Of a stretch of 64,000 nucleotides of DNA, positions 25,979 to 33,547 are shown piece after piece. Positions within the stretch are counted from its first letter, which is position 1. Every line of letters begins with the position of its first letter. The DNA is taken from NCBI GenBank assembly GCA_031277105.1, contig JAISLW010000268.1:98698-162697 (forward strand). The letters run 5' to 3'. The translations under genes were made by a program, and so were the position numbers. The DNA is from Planctomycetaceae bacterium (lineage in GTDB: Bacteria; Planctomycetota; Planctomycetia; Pirellulales; Thermoguttaceae). The notes beneath the pieces are model-generated. The model was not told the origin of the DNA. It saw only the letters and a program-made list of their open reading frames with translations, and searched no databases.

Positions 25979-26551
25979 TTACGCTATCCGTACTTTTAAC
26001 AAATTAACCAGACCGCCATTCGGCACTTCGTTGGTACCTACGCCGTCTGTAGTTGAACGGTCTACTTTATCTACTATCTCTGCCGTAACGCTGAACGCTT
26101 CAAGTGCAATTGCACGCACCGTTGGAGCGCCGCCCAAAACTTTAGTGAAATAGATACCGTTAGTAGTCTGCGTCAAATACAACGGATCGCCAGGCTCGTA
26201 AACGCCTGCAACAACCCTGACTAGGTATCGATCTCCTGTAACAGCTCTTTGAACTAATATCGTTTCACCCGCTTGCGACGGGCGGTTGATACTTGCGCCT
26301 ATTAACGCATTCTCTTTAATTATCAATAACTCAATTGCGTCCAACGCTGCATTCTTTTGAGCGGTAGTCGCTTCATTTGGCAATCGCTTGGCTGAATCAG
26401 TTGAAACGTATGTACTCTCTTCAGTAGATTTATACAGCAACGTAACAACCGATCCTGGAAGCGCTAGACCCGTATTAACAGGATCAAGAACATACTCCTC
26501 ATGACTCCCATTCTGACTCGATAACAAAATTGTATTATTGTTTATAATCAT
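25979..26551 (-). CDS. head decoration/cement protein candidate (DUF2190-like)
   Basis: 190 aa from ATG 26551; the track start at 26590 is GTG and overlaps the upstream gene. It lies immediately upstream of the capsid gene. Low-confidence family guess. Confidence 0.3.
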   Translation of the reverse strand: MIINNNTILLSSQNGSHEEYVLDPVNTGLALPGSVVTLLYKSTEESTYVSTDSAKRLPNEATTAQKNAALDAIELLIIKENALIGASINRPSQAGETILVQRAVTGDRYLVRVVAGVYEPGDPLYLTQTTNGIYFTKVLGGAPTVRAIALEAFSVTAEIVDKVDRSTTDGVGTNEVPNGGLVNLLKVRIA

Positions 26552-26580
26552 TTTTCTATTTTGTAAAAAGGTTAAAATTT

Positions 26581-27276
26581 CTATTCCCACGTACTCGGTA
26601 TAAGTAATGGCTCCGTATCATTCGCATCATTTATAATTGATAAATCACCTACGCCAGCGCCTTGCCAATTCAACGGCGGACTTGACAGATTTTCGTTGAC
26701 TGTTATCTGGTTAGATTGTTTCGTAGCCATTGCCGCCAACTTTTGCAATTTTTCCGTCGATTCATTTTCTAATTCGACAACGTCAAATAACCCGCCGCTA
26801 TTAGTAACAATCGAATCAATTAGCGCTTGTCTGTTATGATTGCGTACTTCCAACGCTTCCCTAATAACTTGCGCTACAGGACTCGTTGAGTTATGCACAA
26901 AAGAATCAAAATCTATCATCGATTCATTAACAACAGATTTACTCGTAACGCCGAAAGCAGACAATTCAGATAATAACTTCTTTTCCGTATTCAAATTATT
27001 CTGGATTGTCGATTGAATTGCTAACAACGATTCTTTCAATTCACGTAACTTGTTATTATTTTGTTGTTGATTCGTTACTGTAGCAGATTGCTTATTAGCG
27101 TTATTTGTTGCATTGACGTTATTGACCGTTTTGGATGCAGGCGATTGTTGAATAGTCGATAAACACAACCGTTTCAATAAATCTTCCGACAATGCGTCCA
27201 ATTCTTTACTGTCTGCTTCCGTAAACGCAGTTTCATCGTTTTGCGTCAGTTTACTAATCAATTCGTTTTTATTCAT
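26581..27276 (-). CDS. scaffold-like protein (paralogue A)
   Basis: 231 aa, acidic and Asn/Gln-rich. Its C-terminal block ALIDSIVTNSGGLFDVVELENESTEKLQKLAAMATKQ...IPSTWE is paralogous to 27292..28086. Confidence 0.45.
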   Translation of the reverse strand: MNKNELISKLTQNDETAFTEADSKELDALSEDLLKRLCLSTIQQSPASKTVNNVNATNNANKQSATVTNQQQNNNKLRELKESLLAIQSTIQNNLNTEKKLLSELSAFGVTSKSVVNESMIDFDSFVHNSTSPVAQVIREALEVRNHNRQALIDSIVTNSGGLFDVVELENESTEKLQKLAAMATKQSNQITVNENLSSPPLNWQGAGVGDLSIINDANDTEPLLIPSTWE

Positions 27277-27291
27277 AGTTTTTGTAACGGT

Positions 27292-28086
27292 TTATTTATC
27301 GCCAGGAAAAGTTGAAGGTATATCAAGCACAAAATTATCAGCATTCTCTATTGCAACAGTTTCGTTATAATTCGGAGTAGACGTATTAGATTGATCAATA
27401 TGCGATTGTTTCGTTTGCGAAACGAATGTCGCTAGTTTTTGTAATTCAGAAACAGATTTATTATCTAACTCGTCTTCCTTATAAATGCCTTGACAGTTAG
27501 CAACTATCGTATCAATCAACTCTTTCTTGTTTTGACGTTTCTGTTCGATCAAATCGTTCAAAACTGCTTGTGCTTCGTGAACATGTTCAAACCCTAACGT
27601 TTTGGCTAATAGTTGGTCAAATGTTTGTTCGTTCTTGACTGCTTTGTTGTCCGTTTTGTCATCATCTGTATTTTTGACAGAGTTTTCGTCTTCGGTGTTT
27701 TTAGTAGGCTCTTTATCTTTGTTGTTTTTGACCTGTTCTTTATTTTTGGTTTCATCGTCGTCGTTTTCAACTGTTTTCTTTTCCGCTAGCGCTTTTTCTA
27801 AATTAGCGATCTTGTCGGCTAAATTGGTAACAAGTTCGGTCAAATCTGCTATTTTTTTGTCCTTTTCTTCGTCAACGTTTTTGACTGGTTTTTTATTTTT
27901 GACAGACGCTTTGTTTTCGTTTTCGTCTTCATCGTCGTTGTTATCGTTGTTTTCTACAGGTTCTTTTTTGTTTGCGTCTTTGGCGTTCTTTGTGCATTCC
28001 TTTTTTTCTACGTTACTTATAAAAGCGCTAATTTGTTCTATCGCTTCTGAAAGTTCATTTCCTATATTCTCATAATCTACTGACAT
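27292..28086 (-). CDS. scaffold-like protein (paralogue B)
   Basis: 264 aa, highly charged (Lys/Glu/Asp/Asn). C-terminal block ELIDTIVANCQGIYKEDELDNKSVSELQKLATFVSQ...IPSTFPGDK. Confidence 0.45.
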   Translation of the reverse strand: MSVDYENIGNELSEAIEQISAFISNVEKKECTKNAKDANKKEPVENNDNNDDEDENENKASVKNKKPVKNVDEEKDKKIADLTELVTNLADKIANLEKALAEKKTVENDDDETKNKEQVKNNKDKEPTKNTEDENSVKNTDDDKTDNKAVKNEQTFDQLLAKTLGFEHVHEAQAVLNDLIEQKRQNKKELIDTIVANCQGIYKEDELDNKSVSELQKLATFVSQTKQSHIDQSNTSTPNYNETVAIENADNFVLDIPSTFPGDK

Positions 28087-28347
28087 AATTTAATAACTCC
28101 AAAAAAATGTTTGAATTGTTCTCGATAAACTGCGAAAGGCGTGCGTTACCGAGTGTTGTTTCTTATCTTGCTACTCGTATGAATGAATTTCAAATACGGC
28201 ACGTATAGTTCAATGTTGAATCGGAATGTAGCACAAAACAAAAACCTTGTGTCAATAGATAAGAGATTTTTAAGAGTTTTTTTAGATTTTTTTGACTAAT
28301 TAGAAAAATAGTCAAACCAGTCGCAAAAATAACTGATTTGACTTCGA

Positions 28348-28869
28348 TTATATTAGTTCTTCACGATGCAAATTTGCACATTCATTTTTCATCACAACAA
28401 AACCATCGTCAATTTGACTGCGTACAAAATAACTGCGCATATCCCGAATCAGTATCGAATCGCATTTATCAAACAATTCAATAATATCGTCAAACCTTAA
28501 ACACAATCGATATGTTACAGGAATCATTAAATTACGATTCGGATCACGCCATAAACACCACGAATGATAACGGGCGTAACGTTCATTGAACATCGTGTAA
28601 TATTCTCTTGCATGTTCATTGTCAAACGCTATCGGGCATCGCAACTCGTAAGCGTTCACAAGATCAAAAATAAACAATTGGTCAACAGCGTAATAAAAAT
28701 TTAACGCTATATCTAATTGTTTGGTCAAATTTATTACAATACGGAAGCGCTCTATTATATTGTCGTCAAACGCCGCGCCGGTTTCATTTAACATTTGACC
28801 GTCGTGTATTTTGCCTTTAGGTAAATTTATATCAGGCGCTGCGTATAACGGGAATTTCAATTTAATCAT
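28348..28869 (-). CDS. hypothetical protein
   Basis: 173-aa ORF 3 nt downstream of the preceding gene. Confidence 0.5.
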   Translation of the reverse strand: MIKLKFPLYAAPDINLPKGKIHDGQMLNETGAAFDDNIIERFRIVINLTKQLDIALNFYYAVDQLFIFDLVNAYELRCPIAFDNEHAREYYTMFNERYARYHSWCLWRDPNRNLMIPVTYRLCLRFDDIIELFDKCDSILIRDMRSYFVRSQIDDGFVVMKNECANLHREELI

Positions 28870-28872
28870 AAA

Positions 28873-30360
28873 TTATCCAATGTTTGCAAACAGACCTGTT
28901 GTTTCTCTGGCTTTCGGTTTGCTTGCTTTTTCGGGTATTAAATTTAACGCTAGATCAACTGTAGTCGTAACAGGGAACGCATTATTGTAATCTGTACGTT
29001 CTGCTATTTTTGTCGAGTTGTCTTTGGTATTTCTGATTTTCGTTTCCATGTTTTTTGTCGTGATAGTTAAAGCGATCATAGCGCCTATTGAATTATCAGC
29101 GCTAAAATCCAAATACGTATCGTACAATTCAACCGCAGATACAACTTCCGCAGAGTCGGTATCGTTTTGTTTTTTATCTGTTTCAAATTCGGCTGATATT
29201 TTAACATCCTCGTTTGACAACAAACTTTTGAAATGCGTTACGGAAACGATAACAAGCAATTCGTGGTCAATTACTTCTTGTTCACAAGTTGACTGCGACG
29301 AACATATCAAACGCGTATTGCCTAACGTATCATCTTTCGGCTGGGCATAATCGTAATTATACGGTTTAGGAATATACGACTCGACGCATAACTTGCCTTC
29401 GTAACTTGACAACGCTACATAAAACCGATCATTGACGGATTTCATGTTCTTTAACGGGAATTTATTAAAATTGTTTCTGATTGCGATTGCGTCCCGTTTT
29501 GATATTGTGAACAACAATCGCAAATTTTCATGACCTTCTACAATCAGCCGCCATTTCGGGTAACGTTGCGAGACGCTATTAGCAAAAATTTGTACCGGAA
29601 TTTTGTTGTACGTAAAATTGATATACAAATTATCAGATTTCGTTTCAGACTTCTCATTTTCAGGTTTCTCATTTTCAGGTTTATCATTTTCGATTTCGTG
29701 CCATATTCCAAGTTGACACGTTCCTGTTTTTGGAAACATTACAAAAAATTGACGAGCCAAAACAAAAGGACGTTCTAATTCTGGTATTGTAATGTTTTGC
29801 TGGATGTTTATTCCGACAGCGTCCGTTGCTACTACGTTTTGTTTATCAACTGCGACATGTCGTAACGTGCCGCTGCTATCGTGATCAAGATCGGCTGTAG
29901 ATTCAGCGGCTAATTGAACGGCGCTAAAAAAGTTAGCGCTGTCAATTGCCGTTGTCCCTTCGACAGGCGTATCGGTTTTATGGAACGAAGGCGCGTATTG
30001 CGTTAATACTTCTTTACCGTCAACCGTACACGTAACGTTCAATATCGTTTCGCCTGAAATTTCGCCCGTTAAATCGGCGATTGGTTCGATCAAGTCAAAT
30101 TGAATGTTTGTACATTTGTCTGGTAAAGCGTTTTTCAACATATCGTATGACAATTTAAACGGACGATTTACGCCTAATTCGCAAGGTACTTTTAGCCAAC
30201 CGATTTCTACGGGGGATTTAAGATTACACGTAAAAAACGTTTTGAAATAAAGACCGTCAGGTTTAAATACAATTGTTTCGCAACCCATTCGGTCAATTAT
30301 TGTTTTACGTTTGAACAGATTTAATATTACGTTCAAATCGAAATTCAAATTTAGTTTCAT
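28873..30360 (-). CDS. DNA sliding-clamp (beta-clamp)-like protein, divergent
   Basis: LRHVAVDKQNVVATDAVGINIQ resembles the clamp motif L-x-G-V...L-x-x-V-A-T-D-G-x-R-L. 495 aa; weak. Confidence 0.3.
   Translation of the reverse strand: MKLNLNFDLNVILNLFKRKTIIDRMGCETIVFKPDGLYFKTFFTCNLKSPVEIGWLKVPCELGVNRPFKLSYDMLKNALPDKCTNIQFDLIEPIADLTGEISGETILNVTCTVDGKEVLTQYAPSFHKTDTPVEGTTAIDSANFFSAVQLAAESTADLDHDSSGTLRHVAVDKQNVVATDAVGINIQQNITIPELERPFVLARQFFVMFPKTGTCQLGIWHEIENDKPENEKPENEKSETKSDNLYINFTYNKIPVQIFANSVSQRYPKWRLIVEGHENLRLLFTISKRDAIAIRNNFNKFPLKNMKSVNDRFYVALSSYEGKLCVESYIPKPYNYDYAQPKDDTLGNTRLICSSQSTCEQEVIDHELLVIVSVTHFKSLLSNEDVKISAEFETDKKQNDTDSAEVVSAVELYDTYLDFSADNSIGAMIALTITTKNMETKIRNTKDNSTKIAERTDYNNAFPVTTTVDLALNLIPEKASKPKARETTGLFANIG
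29652..29692 (-). repeat. 15-nt in-frame microsatellite (about 2.7 units) encoding (KPENE)n
   Basis: TCTCATTTTCAGGTT at 29652-29666 and 29667-29681 are identical, followed by a partial third unit. Confidence 0.8.
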
Positions 30361-30447
30361 TTTGTTTGTTTGTTTAAGGTTTGGATTTATTTAAACAACG
30401 ACGTTGTTGTTTTGTCTATTATCTATATGCCATTTAGCGTCGAAAAT

Positions 30448-31365
30448 TTAATTTGAATTTGTATTATTTTCTTGACTTTTTTTGATGATAAATCCGTAAG
30501 CGGTTGCTTTATATTTATCAAATTCTTTTTTTAACGTTTCGTAAGTTTGCCAGCACATTCCACTAGGGTCAGTTTCGTGTTTGCATTGGTATTCGCCTTT
30601 TTCGCCGTTATCGCCCCAGATTTGCCATCGTGCTACGGCTATATTTTTAACGCTATGTCTGAATTTGTTGTCAATGTCTGTAATATACGTAGTATGACGT
30701 TCCCATTGCCGTTTCGTACAAGTCAATAATTTACGTCTATCGGGTAACTCAATTGGATCAAACGGCATATCAGACTCAATTACAACAGTACCGCCGATAT
30801 TCAGGATCGATATTACGCCGTCGCTTGACGGTATTTTGGTAATAATTAAACCTGCTAATTTTTGTACTATTGGTAAAAAACGTTCAAAATAATGCGAGTA
30901 CAATAACGGCGATACTCCTGCGTTTTTGTAATGTATCGAATCAGTCCAAGCGTTTAACACGTCTAAATTGTACGGCGGTATCCCGTCAATCAACCACAAA
31001 AAACCATACTGTTCTATTACTTGAATTACGTCGTCAATTGGACAACCTGGACGTACAGATAATTTTCCTTTGCCTATTTGATTTCTGGCGACAGCGTACA
31101 ACCATGCAGGATGCGGCGCTAATATCGGGTATTGCATCCCGAAATAATTTACAGATTTGACTAACAACTTTTGTATTGCAGCCGCTACAGAAACTGCCGA
31201 ACAATCAGTACTGACTTGTTGCCACGCAGGTAAAGAACAATATCCGTCAGGCAATTTCAATTTACCCTGACGACGCATTACCATTTCAACATTCCACGTA
31301 AACGGATAATCAGTCTTGTATCGATCCGCATTTTGAGATATTACCGATTCAAATAATTCAATCAT
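30448..31365 (-). CDS. divergent papain-like cysteine peptidase candidate (cytoplasmic)
   Basis: WQQVSTDCSAVSVAAAIQ (Q...C block), ERHTTYITDID (His), and ARWQIWGDNGEKGEY (like N-S-W-G-x-x-W-G-x-x-G-Y). No signal peptide. Confidence 0.4.
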   Translation of the reverse strand: MIELFESVISQNADRYKTDYPFTWNVEMVMRRQGKLKLPDGYCSLPAWQQVSTDCSAVSVAAAIQKLLVKSVNYFGMQYPILAPHPAWLYAVARNQIGKGKLSVRPGCPIDDVIQVIEQYGFLWLIDGIPPYNLDVLNAWTDSIHYKNAGVSPLLYSHYFERFLPIVQKLAGLIITKIPSSDGVISILNIGGTVVIESDMPFDPIELPDRRKLLTCTKRQWERHTTYITDIDNKFRHSVKNIAVARWQIWGDNGEKGEYQCKHETDPSGMCWQTYETLKKEFDKYKATAYGFIIKKSQENNTNSN

Positions 31366-31685
31366 TTTATAGAAACAGATACGATGTTGTTGTTTGTTGC
31401 GTCGTCTGAAAAATCACGAATATCAAATAACGAAGAATCTAAATCGCTTACTTGAAAACTATAATTAGGCACGCCTGCCGTATCAAATACGCCTTGACTG
31501 TACGCCAAAAACCACAACAAATCGAATAGCCTCGTCGCTTTCGGCGCAAACAAATCCAAATTCTGAACCGCACGCTGAACAGCAGGGTTATGTTCAAAAA
31601 AGAACTCTTTCGCTTCGCCCGCAGCGTCGTACAAATCTTGCAACGACAACGTAATATACTTTTCGTTTTCTAACTCTTTAACCAT
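31362..31685 (-). CDS. hypothetical protein
   Basis: 107-aa ORF with a 4-nt overlap with the downstream gene. Confidence 0.5.
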   Translation of the reverse strand: MVKELENEKYITLSLQDLYDAAGEAKEFFFEHNPAVQRAVQNLDLFAPKATRLFDLLWFLAYSQGVFDTAGVPNYSFQVSDLDSSLFDIRDFSDDATNNNIVSVSIK

Positions 31686-31881
31686 GACAAAAACAGCCTA
31701 TTATTTATACTTGGCAATTACCGCGCATTCATTACGCAATAAATTCAAAACAAGTTTACTACTTTTCCATAATGTACTGTTTGAAGGTTACATCAGATAT
31801 TATAAGATCAAAAAGAATTAAATAGAAAAAATTAAATCAGAAATTATTGACTAGACGACTAATTATTAATTGGACGGTTTA

Positions 31882-32322
31882 TTATTTTTTGTTTTTCCAT
31901 TCTTCTGGTATAGTAGTAACAAAATGAATTCCAATAGTTTCGTCCGCATCCACAATACCTTGTTCTTCTCCCCAACAATGACGATTATTAGGTTTAATTA
32001 CAATAATTACATTTTCCAATACTTCAACAAACGAATTATGATTTATATTCTGCTGATGCAATTCTGATTCAGGAAAATCCTCTTTTAATTTTTCAAAAGA
32101 ATCGTTTATTATCCGCATTCGGTCAGGAAACGTTTGACGCTTAACAACATAAAACGCAACTCCAATCATTCCGTCAACAGGTCGAGCATAAATTTCGGCA
32201 AAAAGTTTATTTTCTCTTTCCAGATAAGCATTCCAACGCTGCCCAAACACCCGAACATACGGCTCAAAATTATGCATAATAAACTCATCATTCATTTGCA
32301 TTAGTTTTCCAGATTGAGTCAT
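31882..32322 (-). CDS. hypothetical protein
   Basis: 146-aa ORF. Confidence 0.5.
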   Translation of the reverse strand: MTQSGKLMQMNDEFIMHNFEPYVRVFGQRWNAYLERENKLFAEIYARPVDGMIGVAFYVVKRQTFPDRMRIINDSFEKLKEDFPESELHQQNINHNSFVEVLENVIIVIKPNNRHCWGEEQGIVDADETIGIHFVTTIPEEWKNKK

Positions 32323-32341
32323 TTAAGTACATCCTTTTATT

Positions 32342-32899
32342 TTACTTTGGTACTTTGCCGTTTTTGACCATTTTTTCTAATAGATTGATTGCCCATTGTT
32401 CGCTTGCTCGTGGTAGATTTAAGGCGGCTATTATATTAAATACGTTGTCAATCATTACGCTTTGCGATCCGTCTGGTTCTAATACGAAGCCTCTGTTTGC
32501 GTCAAGTAAAACCAACGCCCGTTCCTTGTCGCTAAACGCTACTGCTGGATAATTCGGTTTACTTTGTCTTATTGATTCAGGATCAACATAATTCGCCCAC
32601 CGTTGTCGTAATGTTCCTTCGGCTACTATTTTTGCCAAAATCACATCAACCCACGAATAATCACCGTCAATAATCTCATTGTCCAAAAGCAACCTTTTCA
32701 AATTATCCGGATCAGTACGAGCGCCATCCGAATGCAATATAAAACCTAACCGCGAATTGATCGCAATAATCGCACGTTCCGAATCGCCTTTGACTACATA
32801 CGGATTATCTTTACGTTTGCCTATACGCAGAGTACGTTTGCCTTTGGCTTTGGTAAAAAGTTTAGTCCGTTTCGGTTTGTATTTTGTTGCTTTTTTCAT
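32342..32899 (-). CDS. two-domain member of a local paralogue family (candidate immunity protein)
   Basis: Lys-rich N-terminus, then two copies of the ~75-aa module: ERAIIAINSRLGFILHSDGARTDPDNLKRLL and ERALVLLDANRGFVLEPDGSQS. Confidence 0.5.
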   Translation of the reverse strand: MKKATKYKPKRTKLFTKAKGKRTLRIGKRKDNPYVVKGDSERAIIAINSRLGFILHSDGARTDPDNLKRLLLDNEIIDGDYSWVDVILAKIVAEGTLRQRWANYVDPESIRQSKPNYPAVAFSDKERALVLLDANRGFVLEPDGSQSVMIDNVFNIIAALNLPRASEQWAINLLEKMVKNGKVPK

Positions 32900-32904
32900 T
32901 TACT

Positions 32905-33231
32905 TTAATCTTTTAACGTATCGTCTTTAATCATTTTTGCTAATAATTCTTTAGCCCATCGATAAGGACCTAATGGTATATCAGGTGTACTATTACATAA
33001 TTCTTGTAAATTTTCGGTTGAGCCTCTAGCGCCGTCTTTATGTATTATAAATCCACGTTTGGGACTTAACGCTATTATTGCCCTTTCTTCGTTACTGGCT
33101 ATTACAAACGGGTATTTATTTAAATCTGTTGGGTACAGTGGACGGAAAGACATCGGCAAATTAAACCGATTATATTGACTGTAATCTAAATCCTCTTCTT
33201 GAGGCTCAAACTCATCTCTTTTAGTTGTCAT
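32905..33231 (-). CDS. single-domain member of the same paralogue family
   Basis: ERAIIALSPKRGFIIHKDGARGSTENLQELC...AKELLAKMIKDDTLKD. Confidence 0.5.
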   Translation of the reverse strand: MTTKRDEFEPQEEDLDYSQYNRFNLPMSFRPLYPTDLNKYPFVIASNEERAIIALSPKRGFIIHKDGARGSTENLQELCNSTPDIPLGPYRWAKELLAKMIKDDTLKD

Positions 33232-33242
33232 ATTTTTATTTT

Positions 33243-33545
33243 TTAATCCTTTAACGTGTCTTCTTTAATCATTTTCAACATCATATCTCTAGCCCAAAGT
33301 CGACCTCCTACTGACATTTTGTTGTCGCTATCAACTAATTTTTGTAAATTTTCCGTTGGACTTTTAGAGCCGTCTTTATGTAGTATAAAACCGCGTTTAG
33401 GACTTAATGCTATTATTGCTTTTTCATCGTTACATTGAACAACAAGCGGGTATTGACTCAAATCATCTGGATATAACGGATAGCCTATAATCGGGCAGTC
33501 AAATTGCGTGTATTGACTATAATCTATCAAATCATTCATACTCAT
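33243..33545 (-). CDS. single-domain member of the same paralogue family
   Basis: EKAIIALSPKRGFILHKDGSKSPTENLQKLV...ARDMMLKMIKEDTLKD. It starts 3 nt after the MuF-ART gene stop. Confidence 0.5.
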   Translation of the reverse strand: MSMNDLIDYSQYTQFDCPIIGYPLYPDDLSQYPLVVQCNDEKAIIALSPKRGFILHKDGSKSPTENLQKLVDSDNKMSVGGRLWARDMMLKMIKEDTLKD

Positions 33546-33547
33546 TT

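Noticed and set aside
25952-25999. Short ORFs started by the ATG inside the box: plus-strand MKFKYDPHTLRYPYF here, and minus-strand MNFKYEQYKFLL from 23598.
   Set aside because: The copy at 60387-60410 has no ATG at the equivalent place (CTG), so the conservation is at the DNA/RNA level rather than in a peptide.
27602-28075. Long plus-strand ORFs such as this one. Others include 62102..62629, 17270..17695, 4959..5342, 1452..1784, 47892..48293 and 45225..45545.
   Set aside because: They lie antisense to longer minus-strand genes that have recognisable motifs or SDs. They are Ser/Phe/Leu/Cys-rich low-complexity translations typical of the shadow of A-rich coding strands. I found no SD or independent support for them, and no convincing plus-strand gene anywhere in the window.
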